The position numbers were made by a program, and so were the translations under genes. Source: a virus (taxonomy: Duplodnaviria; Caudoviricetes). From it: a DNA stretch of 54,137 bases. The DNA is taken from the IMG/VR virus record IMGVR_UViG_3300022074_000055, positions 1 to 54,137 of that record; one strand, given 5' to 3'. Of this stretch, positions 16,979-24,160 are shown one piece after another. The notes under the pieces are model-generated. The model saw only the letters and a program-made list of their open reading frames with translations, was not told the DNA's origin and searched no databases. Positions within the stretch are counted from its first letter, which is position 1. Each line of letters starts with the position of its first letter.

Positions 16979-18166
16979 ATGACTTACTTTAATGAAAACG
17001 ACTATTTGGTTTTTGGTTTAGAATGCGAGGTTAAGGGCTTATCTGTTAACCGCGCCAGACAAGCTTTACGCGATGCTAATATTAATTGGGTTCATGTAAC
17101 CGATGATGGCACGTCTGGCGTTGATGCTGAAATTGTTTTTCCACCATTGCCAGATAGCAATTTAGCATGGCGTAAAGTAGAAGAGGTTTATCAATGCTTA
17201 GAGAATGCAGGGGCAGGGATTAACGTATCATGCGGACATCATATTCATATCAGTACCAAAAAAATTGACTGTGACCGCCATAATAAAAACCAGTTTTTAG
17301 CTAAAAGCATTAGACTGTCAGAAACTAGCAATTATCCAAACATCCAAATAGCGAATGAATGTTTCAACCGTGATGAAATGGCGCCTGAGTTAATGATTGA
17401 TGTGACTAGACGCATTGTGAAGCATAATAGCGTTTATAACTCTATGGTTTCAGAAAGTAGAAGAAATAATCATTTCTGTGAGAATTCTAGAACAACATTA
17501 GAAAACATTGATTTGTGTAACACCATACAAGATTTAGAGAATGCATTTTGTTCTGGTTCAAATAGATCTCGCAAATTTATGGCTATCAATTTTACTAGAT
17601 GGTCTAGAGGTACTGTAAGAATAAGCGATCCAGAAACGGTGCGAGATGCTACGACTGTTGAATTCAGAAAGCATCAAGGCACTTTAGATATGAAAAAGAT
17701 TAGAGCGTGGGTACGTTTTCATCTCAATCTATTTTATACAAGCGATAGCACCAGATTAGATTATAGCAATACAACTTCAACATCTACTGATACGCCAATA
17801 CAGCCATTCAGAAATCATTCAAGAGTGGGCTTAATCTGGACAATGTGTCGTTCCGATAATGGCTCAACCGTTCAAGAGTTAATGAGCGCAACTGGTACTA
17901 GCGCAATAAATGTGAGAGCGCGTATATCTGAAATGAGAGCGCGATTTGGTGATGATGTTGTTGTTACACATTCTCAACAAACAAACGGTGCAAGCTATGG
18001 TGATGGTGACACTCACACAAGATATCAGATAAGAGAGACAGTTCAAACAAGTGCATCATCTATCAGATTATTACCAGAAAACAGAATAGGATTAGACAGT
18101 TTATTTTCTGGATTAGATGATAATCTATTTGAATTTCTGCAAGAAAGAATAGATGCGCTTTCATAG
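16979..18166 (+). CDS. Amidoligase_2 family (COOH-NH2 ligase) with C-terminal winged-HTH-like domain
   Basis: FGLECEV, TDDGT, AEIVFP, CGHHIHIS, KFMAIN, TVEFRKHQGT. Confidence 0.8.
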   Translation: MTYFNENDYLVFGLECEVKGLSVNRARQALRDANINWVHVTDDGTSGVDAEIVFPPLPDSNLAWRKVEEVYQCLENAGAGINVSCGHHIHISTKKIDCDRHNKNQFLAKSIRLSETSNYPNIQIANECFNRDEMAPELMIDVTRRIVKHNSVYNSMVSESRRNNHFCENSRTTLENIDLCNTIQDLENAFCSGSNRSRKFMAINFTRWSRGTVRISDPETVRDATTVEFRKHQGTLDMKKIRAWVRFHLNLFYTSDSTRLDYSNTTSTSTDTPIQPFRNHSRVGLIWTMCRSDNGSTVQELMSATGTSAINVRARISEMRARFGDDVVVTHSQQTNGASYGDGDTHTRYQIRETVQTSASSIRLLPENRIGLDSLFSGLDDNLFEFLQERIDALS

Positions 18167-18185
18167 CGTATCTTACATTCACGAG

Positions 18186-18214
18186 ATAGGCGGGTTATCC
18201 CCGCCTATTTTTTT
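18186..18214 (+). terminator. Intrinsic terminator
   Basis: ATAGGCGGG-loop-CCCGCCTAT followed by a T-run. Confidence 0.85.
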
Positions 18215-18345
18215 GTCTAAGGTACCCTATGTCACATTGTGAAAAACCAATATGGATCGGGGCGGGGTAGTATACCACCCCTAAACATAGGGGCTTGACG
18301 GGAGCGACGGTTGCGCCCTGTTTCCCACAAACAATACAACAACTA

Positions 18346-18374
18346 TTGACAGACTACGCAACATGCTTCATATT
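18346..18374 (+). promoter_or_regulatory. Promoter for the regulator operon, with a degenerate operator
   Basis: TTGACA-17-CATATT; GCAACATGCTTC overlaps the spacer. Confidence 0.55.
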
Positions 18375-18404
18375 ACATTTAGTCTAATCAACATGGAGGG
18401 TATT

Positions 18405-18647
18405 ATGGCGACATACAAGTTAACGATGGGCGAGGACTATATGTTTTCGGCTCGTGATGAGGGTGAATTCAGAGATAGGTTGCGTGAATACAATCCATTT
18501 CTAACGAGGGGCGATGAATTAAGGGATTTTTCGCGTACTATGTGCAACTGGAGTGGCAAGGGTATTGTTTTCAGTGATTTTGAGGGTTTTATAACGACTG
18601 CTGAGAGTGCTGGTTGCATGGAGGTATGTAGTGGGCAAGGTAATTAA
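18405..18647 (+). CDS. Hypothetical protein
   Basis: GGAGG SD before the ATG at 18405. Confidence 0.65.
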   Translation: MATYKLTMGEDYMFSARDEGEFRDRLREYNPFLTRGDELRDFSRTMCNWSGKGIVFSDFEGFITTAESAGCMEVCSGQGN

Positions 18648-19044
18648 CTACAAAGAGTCGTTAAAATCGAAGTGGGGGCCAGAGGAAATCAAGGCTGCTC
18701 GTGCTAGGGCGAACTTAACTTTGAAGGAATTATCTGATCAGTTAGGTATATCGCTTAGAATGTTGCAATATTACGAGGCTGGGAAGACACCTGTATCGAA
18801 AGCATTAGAAGATTCGATAAGGAGCATTGTGAATTGGGAGCAGGACAATCAGGGTTATCCAGATATAGATTTAGATGCTATAGGTACCCTGACGGGTTTT
18901 GATATTGAGCGTATAAACAGGTTGATACAGGGTATAGGCCGTTATTTGGAGGAGCATGAGTTTGAGCATGACAAGGGTTATTACAAGATTTTGCATCAAT
19001 CTAAGCAAGAATTGTCTCTTCTGTTGTCAAAATTTGATTTATAG
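18631..19044 (+). CDS. XRE-family HTH transcriptional regulator
   Basis: IKAARARANLTLKELSDQLGISLRMLQYYEAGK; GGAGG SD before the GTG at 18631. Confidence 0.85.
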   Translation: MGKVINYKESLKSKWGPEEIKAARARANLTLKELSDQLGISLRMLQYYEAGKTPVSKALEDSIRSIVNWEQDNQGYPDIDLDAIGTLTGFDIERINRLIQGIGRYLEEHEFEHDKGYYKILHQSKQELSLLLSKFDL

Positions 19045-19069
19045 CATATTATTGATTTCATCTAATTAG

Positions 19070-20536
19070 ATGAGGCAAAATATGGCACAGAATTACATGA
19101 TGGGGGCTGGAATGGTTCCTCCTACAGCCCCCACACCACCATCTCAGTTAAGTTTTAAGAGCGATCCTAATCAGAGGATGCAATTTAAGAGTTTTATGCA
19201 GGGTTTATCGGCTCCGCAGGCTCCTATGGCACCACCTATGGCACCACCTATGATGCCTATGCCTCAGATTCCTGTTCCGATGCAGAATATTGATGTATTT
19301 TCACAGCCTGTTCAGGGCATGGCTAACGGTGGTCGTGCTTCACGCCCACAAGACAGAGCTAAAAGAGCTGAAGAGGGTAGGGCTCTTGCTAGAAGAATTT
19401 TTTCTAAGCCCAAGCGCGAAAAAGATGATGATGACAGAAGCAGAGGGTTTCCTTCTGCTCGTAGAACTGTACAAATAACGCCTCAACAGGAGGCTGATGC
19501 TAGGGCTGAACTTGTAAAGGCTGCTCAAACTAGGGCTGGTTCTGAAGATCCATCAGATTATGGTCAATTTGTTGCAAGTGCAAGAAATCGTTACAGAAGA
19601 CCTTCTTCTTTGAGTGAACAGGTAGCTGCTTTGAGTAGTGTTCCTGCGGATTTTGGTGCTGAGTTTGGTGATGACAGGAGAAGAAGGGATTCGATTGCTA
19701 CTGGGATTGCATCTACTCAAACACCAGCAGATATTATCAATCAATCTATTCAAGAAGCTTTAGGAGTAGATCCTGTAAAGTCTCAAAACATAGGTTTTTC
19801 AGGCGATCCCATGACAGACGCAAATATTGCTGGTTTCCAAGATTTAGGTTTAGGTAGCGCTTTGAGTGAGCAAATATCTGCTTTACGAGGTCCAGAAGAT
19901 TTTGGAGATGAGTTTGGCACAGACGATTTATTAAACCAGATAAATGTAGTGCAAAACTTGGGTTTAGAGTTTGGCAACCAAGAACAACAAGAACAAATGC
20001 AGGGAATAGGTAATTTAATTGGCAGATCAATACCGCCAACAGGTTTGGATAGATTCAATCCCTTTTCTCAATTAGGTACTAAAATGTCAGGCAACATTTT
20101 AAGCAAGATAAATGAAGGTGGTGAAGCTGTAAGAGATGATTCTGGTATGATTGTTGGTGTTGTTCACGATGGTTTGCTGGGTGGCAGGGTTTATACGGGC
20201 CGACCTGGGTTTAACCCTTTTGCTCCACCTACAAGACCAGAGAGAGATGTCAATCCTTGTCCTCCTGGGTATACATTGGTTAATGGTGCCTGTATGCCGA
20301 TTAGTCAGCCTATAGCGCAAGCTACGCCTGCAACGCCTGCTCCTAATGTAATATCTAACATACCTGTTACTACAGCGGCTCCTAGCCCTGTTGTTCAGTC
20401 TACAGCACCTCCTGTGCAGTTGGGTATGCCATTGGGTCAGCCAAGTCCTATTCAGCCTATGAGTCAGTTTTTAACAAATATCCCTAATTCTTTAAATTTA
20501 GCTGCTAACAACTTTTTGAGTGCATTAAGCTCGTGA
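19070..20536 (+). CDS. Low-complexity Pro/Met/Gln-rich protein, possibly internal virion protein
   Basis: MAPP repeats, MANGG motif, CPPGY.L.NG.C; directly upstream of terL. Confidence 0.6.
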   Translation: MRQNMAQNYMMGAGMVPPTAPTPPSQLSFKSDPNQRMQFKSFMQGLSAPQAPMAPPMAPPMMPMPQIPVPMQNIDVFSQPVQGMANGGRASRPQDRAKRAEEGRALARRIFSKPKREKDDDDRSRGFPSARRTVQITPQQEADARAELVKAAQTRAGSEDPSDYGQFVASARNRYRRPSSLSEQVAALSSVPADFGAEFGDDRRRRDSIATGIASTQTPADIINQSIQEALGVDPVKSQNIGFSGDPMTDANIAGFQDLGLGSALSEQISALRGPEDFGDEFGTDDLLNQINVVQNLGLEFGNQEQQEQMQGIGNLIGRSIPPTGLDRFNPFSQLGTKMSGNILSKINEGGEAVRDDSGMIVGVVHDGLLGGRVYTGRPGFNPFAPPTRPERDVNPCPPGYTLVNGACMPISQPIAQATPATPAPNVISNIPVTTAAPSPVVQSTAPPVQLGMPLGQPSPIQPMSQFLTNIPNSLNLAANNFLSALSS

Positions 20537-20537
20537 C

Positions 20538-22022
20538 ATGAATGAGTCATTTAATATTGATTTAGATTATCTCACGGAGGAAGAACGTGGGATGCTCTCG
20601 AAGTACATTGAGAGTTATTCTTTAGTCAGTGAGCGAGAAGAGAAGCAAGGCACGTTTTTATCGTTTGTTCGTCATGTTTGGCCTACATTTATAGAGGGCA
20701 AGCATCATAGGATATATGCTGAGAAGTTAGAGAAGGTTGCGAAGGGCGAGATAAAGCGTTTAATAATTAACATGCCGCCTCGACATACAAAGTCTGAGTT
20801 TGCGAGTTTTTTATTTCCTTCTTGGTTAATGGGCAAAACGCCTAACAAGAAAATTATTCAAGCGACACACACGGCTGAGTTGGCTGTTGGTTTTGGTCGT
20901 AAAGTAAAGAATTTGATTGACAGTGATATTTACAGGGATGTTTTTCCTGATGTTAAGTTAGCTGTTGATGCGAAGGCTTCAGGTCGCTGGAGTACGAGTG
21001 AGGGCGGTGAGTATTACGCGGTTGGTGTAGGCGGTGCATTAGCTGGTCGTGGTGCTGATTTATGTATTATTGACGATCCTGTGTCTGAGCAGGATGCGTT
21101 ATCACCTACCGCGTTGGATAATATTTACGAATGGTACACATCTGGTCCAAGACAGAGGCTCCAGCCTGGAGGGTCGATAATTATAGTTATGACGAGGTGG
21201 AGTATACGGGATCTGACCGCGAAGGTACTTCAGAAGCAGGCAGAGGGCGGGGCGGATCAGTGGGACATAGTGGAGTTTCCTGCGATATTCCCCGATACCG
21301 ACAACGTATTGTGGCCCGAATATTGGGCAAAAGAAGAACTTGAGGCTGTTAAGGCTTCTATACCTGTAGGCAAGTGGAATGCACAGTATCTTCAGAATCC
21401 GACTGCTGAAGAGGGTGCGATTGTTAAGCGAGAGTGGTGGAATGTTTGGGATAGTAGTAGCCCACCTATGTGTTCATATATCATACAGTCGTATGATACT
21501 GCGTTTAGCAAGTCTGAGCGCGCTGATTATTCTGCTATTACTACTTGGGGTATATTTGAGCCTGTAGAGGGTGATGGGGAGGCTATTATTCTCCTCGATG
21601 CCCAGCGTGGTCGCTGGGATTTTCCTGAATTAAAAGAAGTTGCCAAAGATTTATATAATGAGTTTGAGCCTGACATGGTGCTTATAGAGCAGAAGGCTAG
21701 TGGTATGCCTTTAACACAGGAGTTAAGGCGCATGGACATACCTGTAACGCCATTTACGCCTAGTCGAGGCGCTGATAAGTTTACTCGCATGAATGCCTGT
21801 GCGCCAGTGTTTGAATCTGGTATGGTATGGAGGCCAGACATGAATTTTGCTGAAGAGGTTGTGGAGGAGTGTGCTGCGTTTCCGAATGGAGAACATGATG
21901 ACTTGGCAGATTCGATGACTCAGGCTATACTACGTTTTAGGCAAGGTGGTTTTATTTCGACTCCCACCGATTATGAAGATGAAGATTTAGTGCGTTATAA
22001 TCGCAGGAAGGAATATTACTGA
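20538..22022 (+). CDS. terL: Terminase large subunit
   Basis: MPPRHTKS Walker A, IIDDP Walker B, MTRW, SYDTA, HDDLADS nuclease motifs. Confidence 0.95.
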   Translation: MNESFNIDLDYLTEEERGMLSKYIESYSLVSEREEKQGTFLSFVRHVWPTFIEGKHHRIYAEKLEKVAKGEIKRLIINMPPRHTKSEFASFLFPSWLMGKTPNKKIIQATHTAELAVGFGRKVKNLIDSDIYRDVFPDVKLAVDAKASGRWSTSEGGEYYAVGVGGALAGRGADLCIIDDPVSEQDALSPTALDNIYEWYTSGPRQRLQPGGSIIIVMTRWSIRDLTAKVLQKQAEGGADQWDIVEFPAIFPDTDNVLWPEYWAKEELEAVKASIPVGKWNAQYLQNPTAEEGAIVKREWWNVWDSSSPPMCSYIIQSYDTAFSKSERADYSAITTWGIFEPVEGDGEAIILLDAQRGRWDFPELKEVAKDLYNEFEPDMVLIEQKASGMPLTQELRRMDIPVTPFTPSRGADKFTRMNACAPVFESGMVWRPDMNFAEEVVEECAAFPNGEHDDLADSMTQAILRFRQGGFISTPTDYEDEDLVRYNRRKEYY

Positions 22023-22612
22023 TGGCTGATAAAATAAAATATACACCCGAACAAAGAGCTAGAATTGCTGATTTAGTTGATAGGTTCCCTGATATTTCTA
22101 GAAGTAAATTAATGGAAATGGCAAAGACAAAATATCCCAAAACATTTTCTAGAAAAATGGAAAAGGGCGGTAGTGTAGGTCCAAAACCAAGACCTAAAAA
22201 TGCTCCTAAGAAAGTAAAGCAAGTAGGTCCTAAACCTAGACCTACATCTGGTATGATGAATGAAATGATGGGTCGTATGATTGATGACCCAGGAAAAACT
22301 ATTTCTGATGCAGATGCTGCTGAATTACTTAAAATGGCTATAAAAGCTACTAGTGGAATAGGAAAAACTACTGGAAGAACCATGTCTGATTCTGATGCAG
22401 CAGAGATATCAAGAATGAGTAAAAGAGTTAAAAACTTTGAAGACGGTGGTGAAGTAAACCGTGATTTAGGCGGTTTTATTCTTGATTCGTATTTAGGTGG
22501 TGTTCGCCAGAAGGATTTAAGACCTAAAAAAGTAGGTGGTTATTCACCAACTAGAAAGAACACTGGCGCTGTAATGCCCGGTCGTGGTGGCAAGTTTAAA
22601 GGAACAAAATAA
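22022..22612 (+). CDS. GG/RG..FKG-tag family basic protein 1
   Basis: Ends GAVMPGRGGKFKGTK; internal MEKGG and FEDGG. Confidence 0.7.
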   Translation: MADKIKYTPEQRARIADLVDRFPDISRSKLMEMAKTKYPKTFSRKMEKGGSVGPKPRPKNAPKKVKQVGPKPRPTSGMMNEMMGRMIDDPGKTISDADAAELLKMAIKATSGIGKTTGRTMSDSDAAEISRMSKRVKNFEDGGEVNRDLGGFILDSYLGGVRQKDLRPKKVGGYSPTRKNTGAVMPGRGGKFKGTK

Positions 22613-22863
22613 TGGCTGAAAGATCTGCATATTTAAACTCATTATTAGCACTTGAAGCTCTTTCTAGAGAGATGGAAACTTCTCCAGCAAGAAGACAAAT
22701 GTTCAGGAATTTTTTTATTGATCCTGATGCTGAAATAGCATCTCAAAGGGCTGCTAGAAGAAAGAGCTACTTTGGCGCTAAAGCTAGAGGTATGAAAGAT
22801 GGTGGTGTTGTTCGAGGTGCGGGTGCTGCTACGTCAGGCACTAAGTTTAAAGGAGTATTCTAA
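22612..22863 (+). CDS. GG/RG..FKG-tag family protein 2
   Basis: Ends MKDGGVVRGAGAATSGTKFKGVF. Confidence 0.7.
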   Translation: MAERSAYLNSLLALEALSREMETSPARRQMFRNFFIDPDAEIASQRAARRKSYFGAKARGMKDGGVVRGAGAATSGTKFKGVF

Positions 22864-23189
22864 TGAGCAATGAATTCAATGAGGCTTTATTAGAGCAGTT
22901 ATTTGAAGAAGCATTAGAAATGGGCATGACAGATGATGCTGCCGCTAAGTTTGCTCGTAAGCGTTTTGAGGAAATGCCAGAGCCTGATTACAAGGCTGAA
23001 GGTGGTGTTATTAAGATGAAAAAGGGTGGCAAAGCTTTTCCTGATTTAACTGGTGATGGGAAAGTCACCAAAAAGGATATATTGCGTGGCAGAGGTGTTT
23101 CTGGTTTTAAGTATGGTGGTGTTGCCTCTAATGTTTCTCGTGGCGGTGGCGCTGCTTTGCGTGGCACTAAATTCACAGGAGTAAAGTGA
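22863..23189 (+). CDS. GG/RG..FKG-tag family protein 3 (contains DLTGDGKVTKKD EF-hand/dockerin-like loop)
   Basis: Ends RGGGAALRGTKFTGVK. Confidence 0.7.
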   Translation: MSNEFNEALLEQLFEEALEMGMTDDAAAKFARKRFEEMPEPDYKAEGGVIKMKKGGKAFPDLTGDGKVTKKDILRGRGVSGFKYGGVASNVSRGGGAALRGTKFTGVK

Positions 23190-23392
23190 TGAGTGGTCCA
23201 TTTAGAAAAAAAGGTCTTAGAGTTTTTGATAAAGGCTACAGGGCGGTTCCTAAAATGTTTCGTGGAACAATCATAGGTGATTTAATGGAAGAGATGATGG
23301 GGGTCAAAAAACCTTTTAAAAAACCTAAAAGAATGAAAAATGGTGGTGCTGTTTTAAAGGGTAGAGGAACCAAATTTAAGGGGACATTTTGA
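23186..23392 (+). CDS. GG/RG..FKG-tag family protein 4
   Basis: Ends MKNGGAVLKGRGTKFKGTF. Confidence 0.7.
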   Translation: MMSGPFRKKGLRVFDKGYRAVPKMFRGTIIGDLMEEMMGVKKPFKKPKRMKNGGAVLKGRGTKFKGTF

Positions 23393-23802
23393 TGAACGTT
23401 AAAGAGTTTAATAAAAAATTTAAAAAAGTTACCAAGTCAGATTATGATGATTTGCTTCCAGCATCAAAAAGAATGTTTGATGCTGCTAAAAGATTAGGTT
23501 TAATCGCTGCTGCTCCTAAAAGTGGAGGTATGCTTTCAAAAACTGGTACAGTGACTGTTTTTGACCCAACAACATATGAACGAGTGCCTAGAAAAGAATT
23601 ACAAGTCAATATGTTCATGCCGTCTAGGGAAGAGAAATTTAAACCATATCCAGGTGATAAAAGATATGACCCTGACATAGGGCAAGCTATACCTACAAGA
23701 AGACCTATTTTAATGAGTGAGATAAAAAAAGCGGGTAAAAACTTTAAAAAAGGCGGTGCTGTTATGCCTAATAGGGGCGGTAATTTTAAGGGTACATTCT
23801 AA
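23389..23802 (+). CDS. GG/RG..FKG-tag family protein 5
   Basis: Ends FKKGGAVMPNRGGNFKGTF. Confidence 0.7.
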   Translation: MMNVKEFNKKFKKVTKSDYDDLLPASKRMFDAAKRLGLIAAAPKSGGMLSKTGTVTVFDPTTYERVPRKELQVNMFMPSREEKFKPYPGDKRYDPDIGQAIPTRRPILMSEIKKAGKNFKKGGAVMPNRGGNFKGTF

Positions 23803-23978
23803 TGCGATCTGACAAAGAAATCAGAATAATGGCTCAAAGGGACATTACTAATCTTACTAATGCTGAGTTTGATAGGCATCTAGTTATGGAAAGTGAAAAA
23901 GCGATGAAATCCAAGTCTCCTATGGGCAGGGGGTTTGGTGTGGCAACAAGAGGCAGTAAGTTTAAAGGAACATTTTAA
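23802..23978 (+). CDS. GG/RG..FKG-tag family protein 6 (58 aa, not in ORF track)
   Basis: TAATG-coupled; MRSDKEIR...GRGFGVATRGSKFKGTF. Confidence 0.7.
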   Translation: MRSDKEIRIMAQRDITNLTNAEFDRHLVMESEKAMKSKSPMGRGFGVATRGSKFKGTF

Positions 23979-24034
23979 AGACTATTCATCAAATTTGGAA
24001 AATATTGGTTATATTATTTGATGAAGTCTAAGTG

Positions 24035-24131
24035 GTTGGGTCATTTTGTATCATTGATAAGGTGAATTGCCCTTCGGCTTTATCAGCGCTCAGTAACCCT
24101 CACTTTGAGGCGCAATTCAATTTGACCCAAC
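24035..24131 (+). ncRNA. Candidate pseudoknotted structured RNA upstream of the portal gene
   Basis: Four complementary segment pairs, one of them crossing. Confidence 0.5.
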
Positions 24132-24160
24132 ACCAATTAAGGGATTAAGGGGAACATAAA

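Noticed and set aside
18607-19044. CI-like repressor as proof of integrative lysogeny
   Set aside because: No integrase, partition genes or S24 peptidase domain were recognised; the lifestyle is unresolved
22022-23978. Double-glycine RiPP/bacteriocin precursors
   Set aside because: The conserved part is C-terminal rather than a leader, and no peptidase-ABC transporter or modifying enzymes are adjacent
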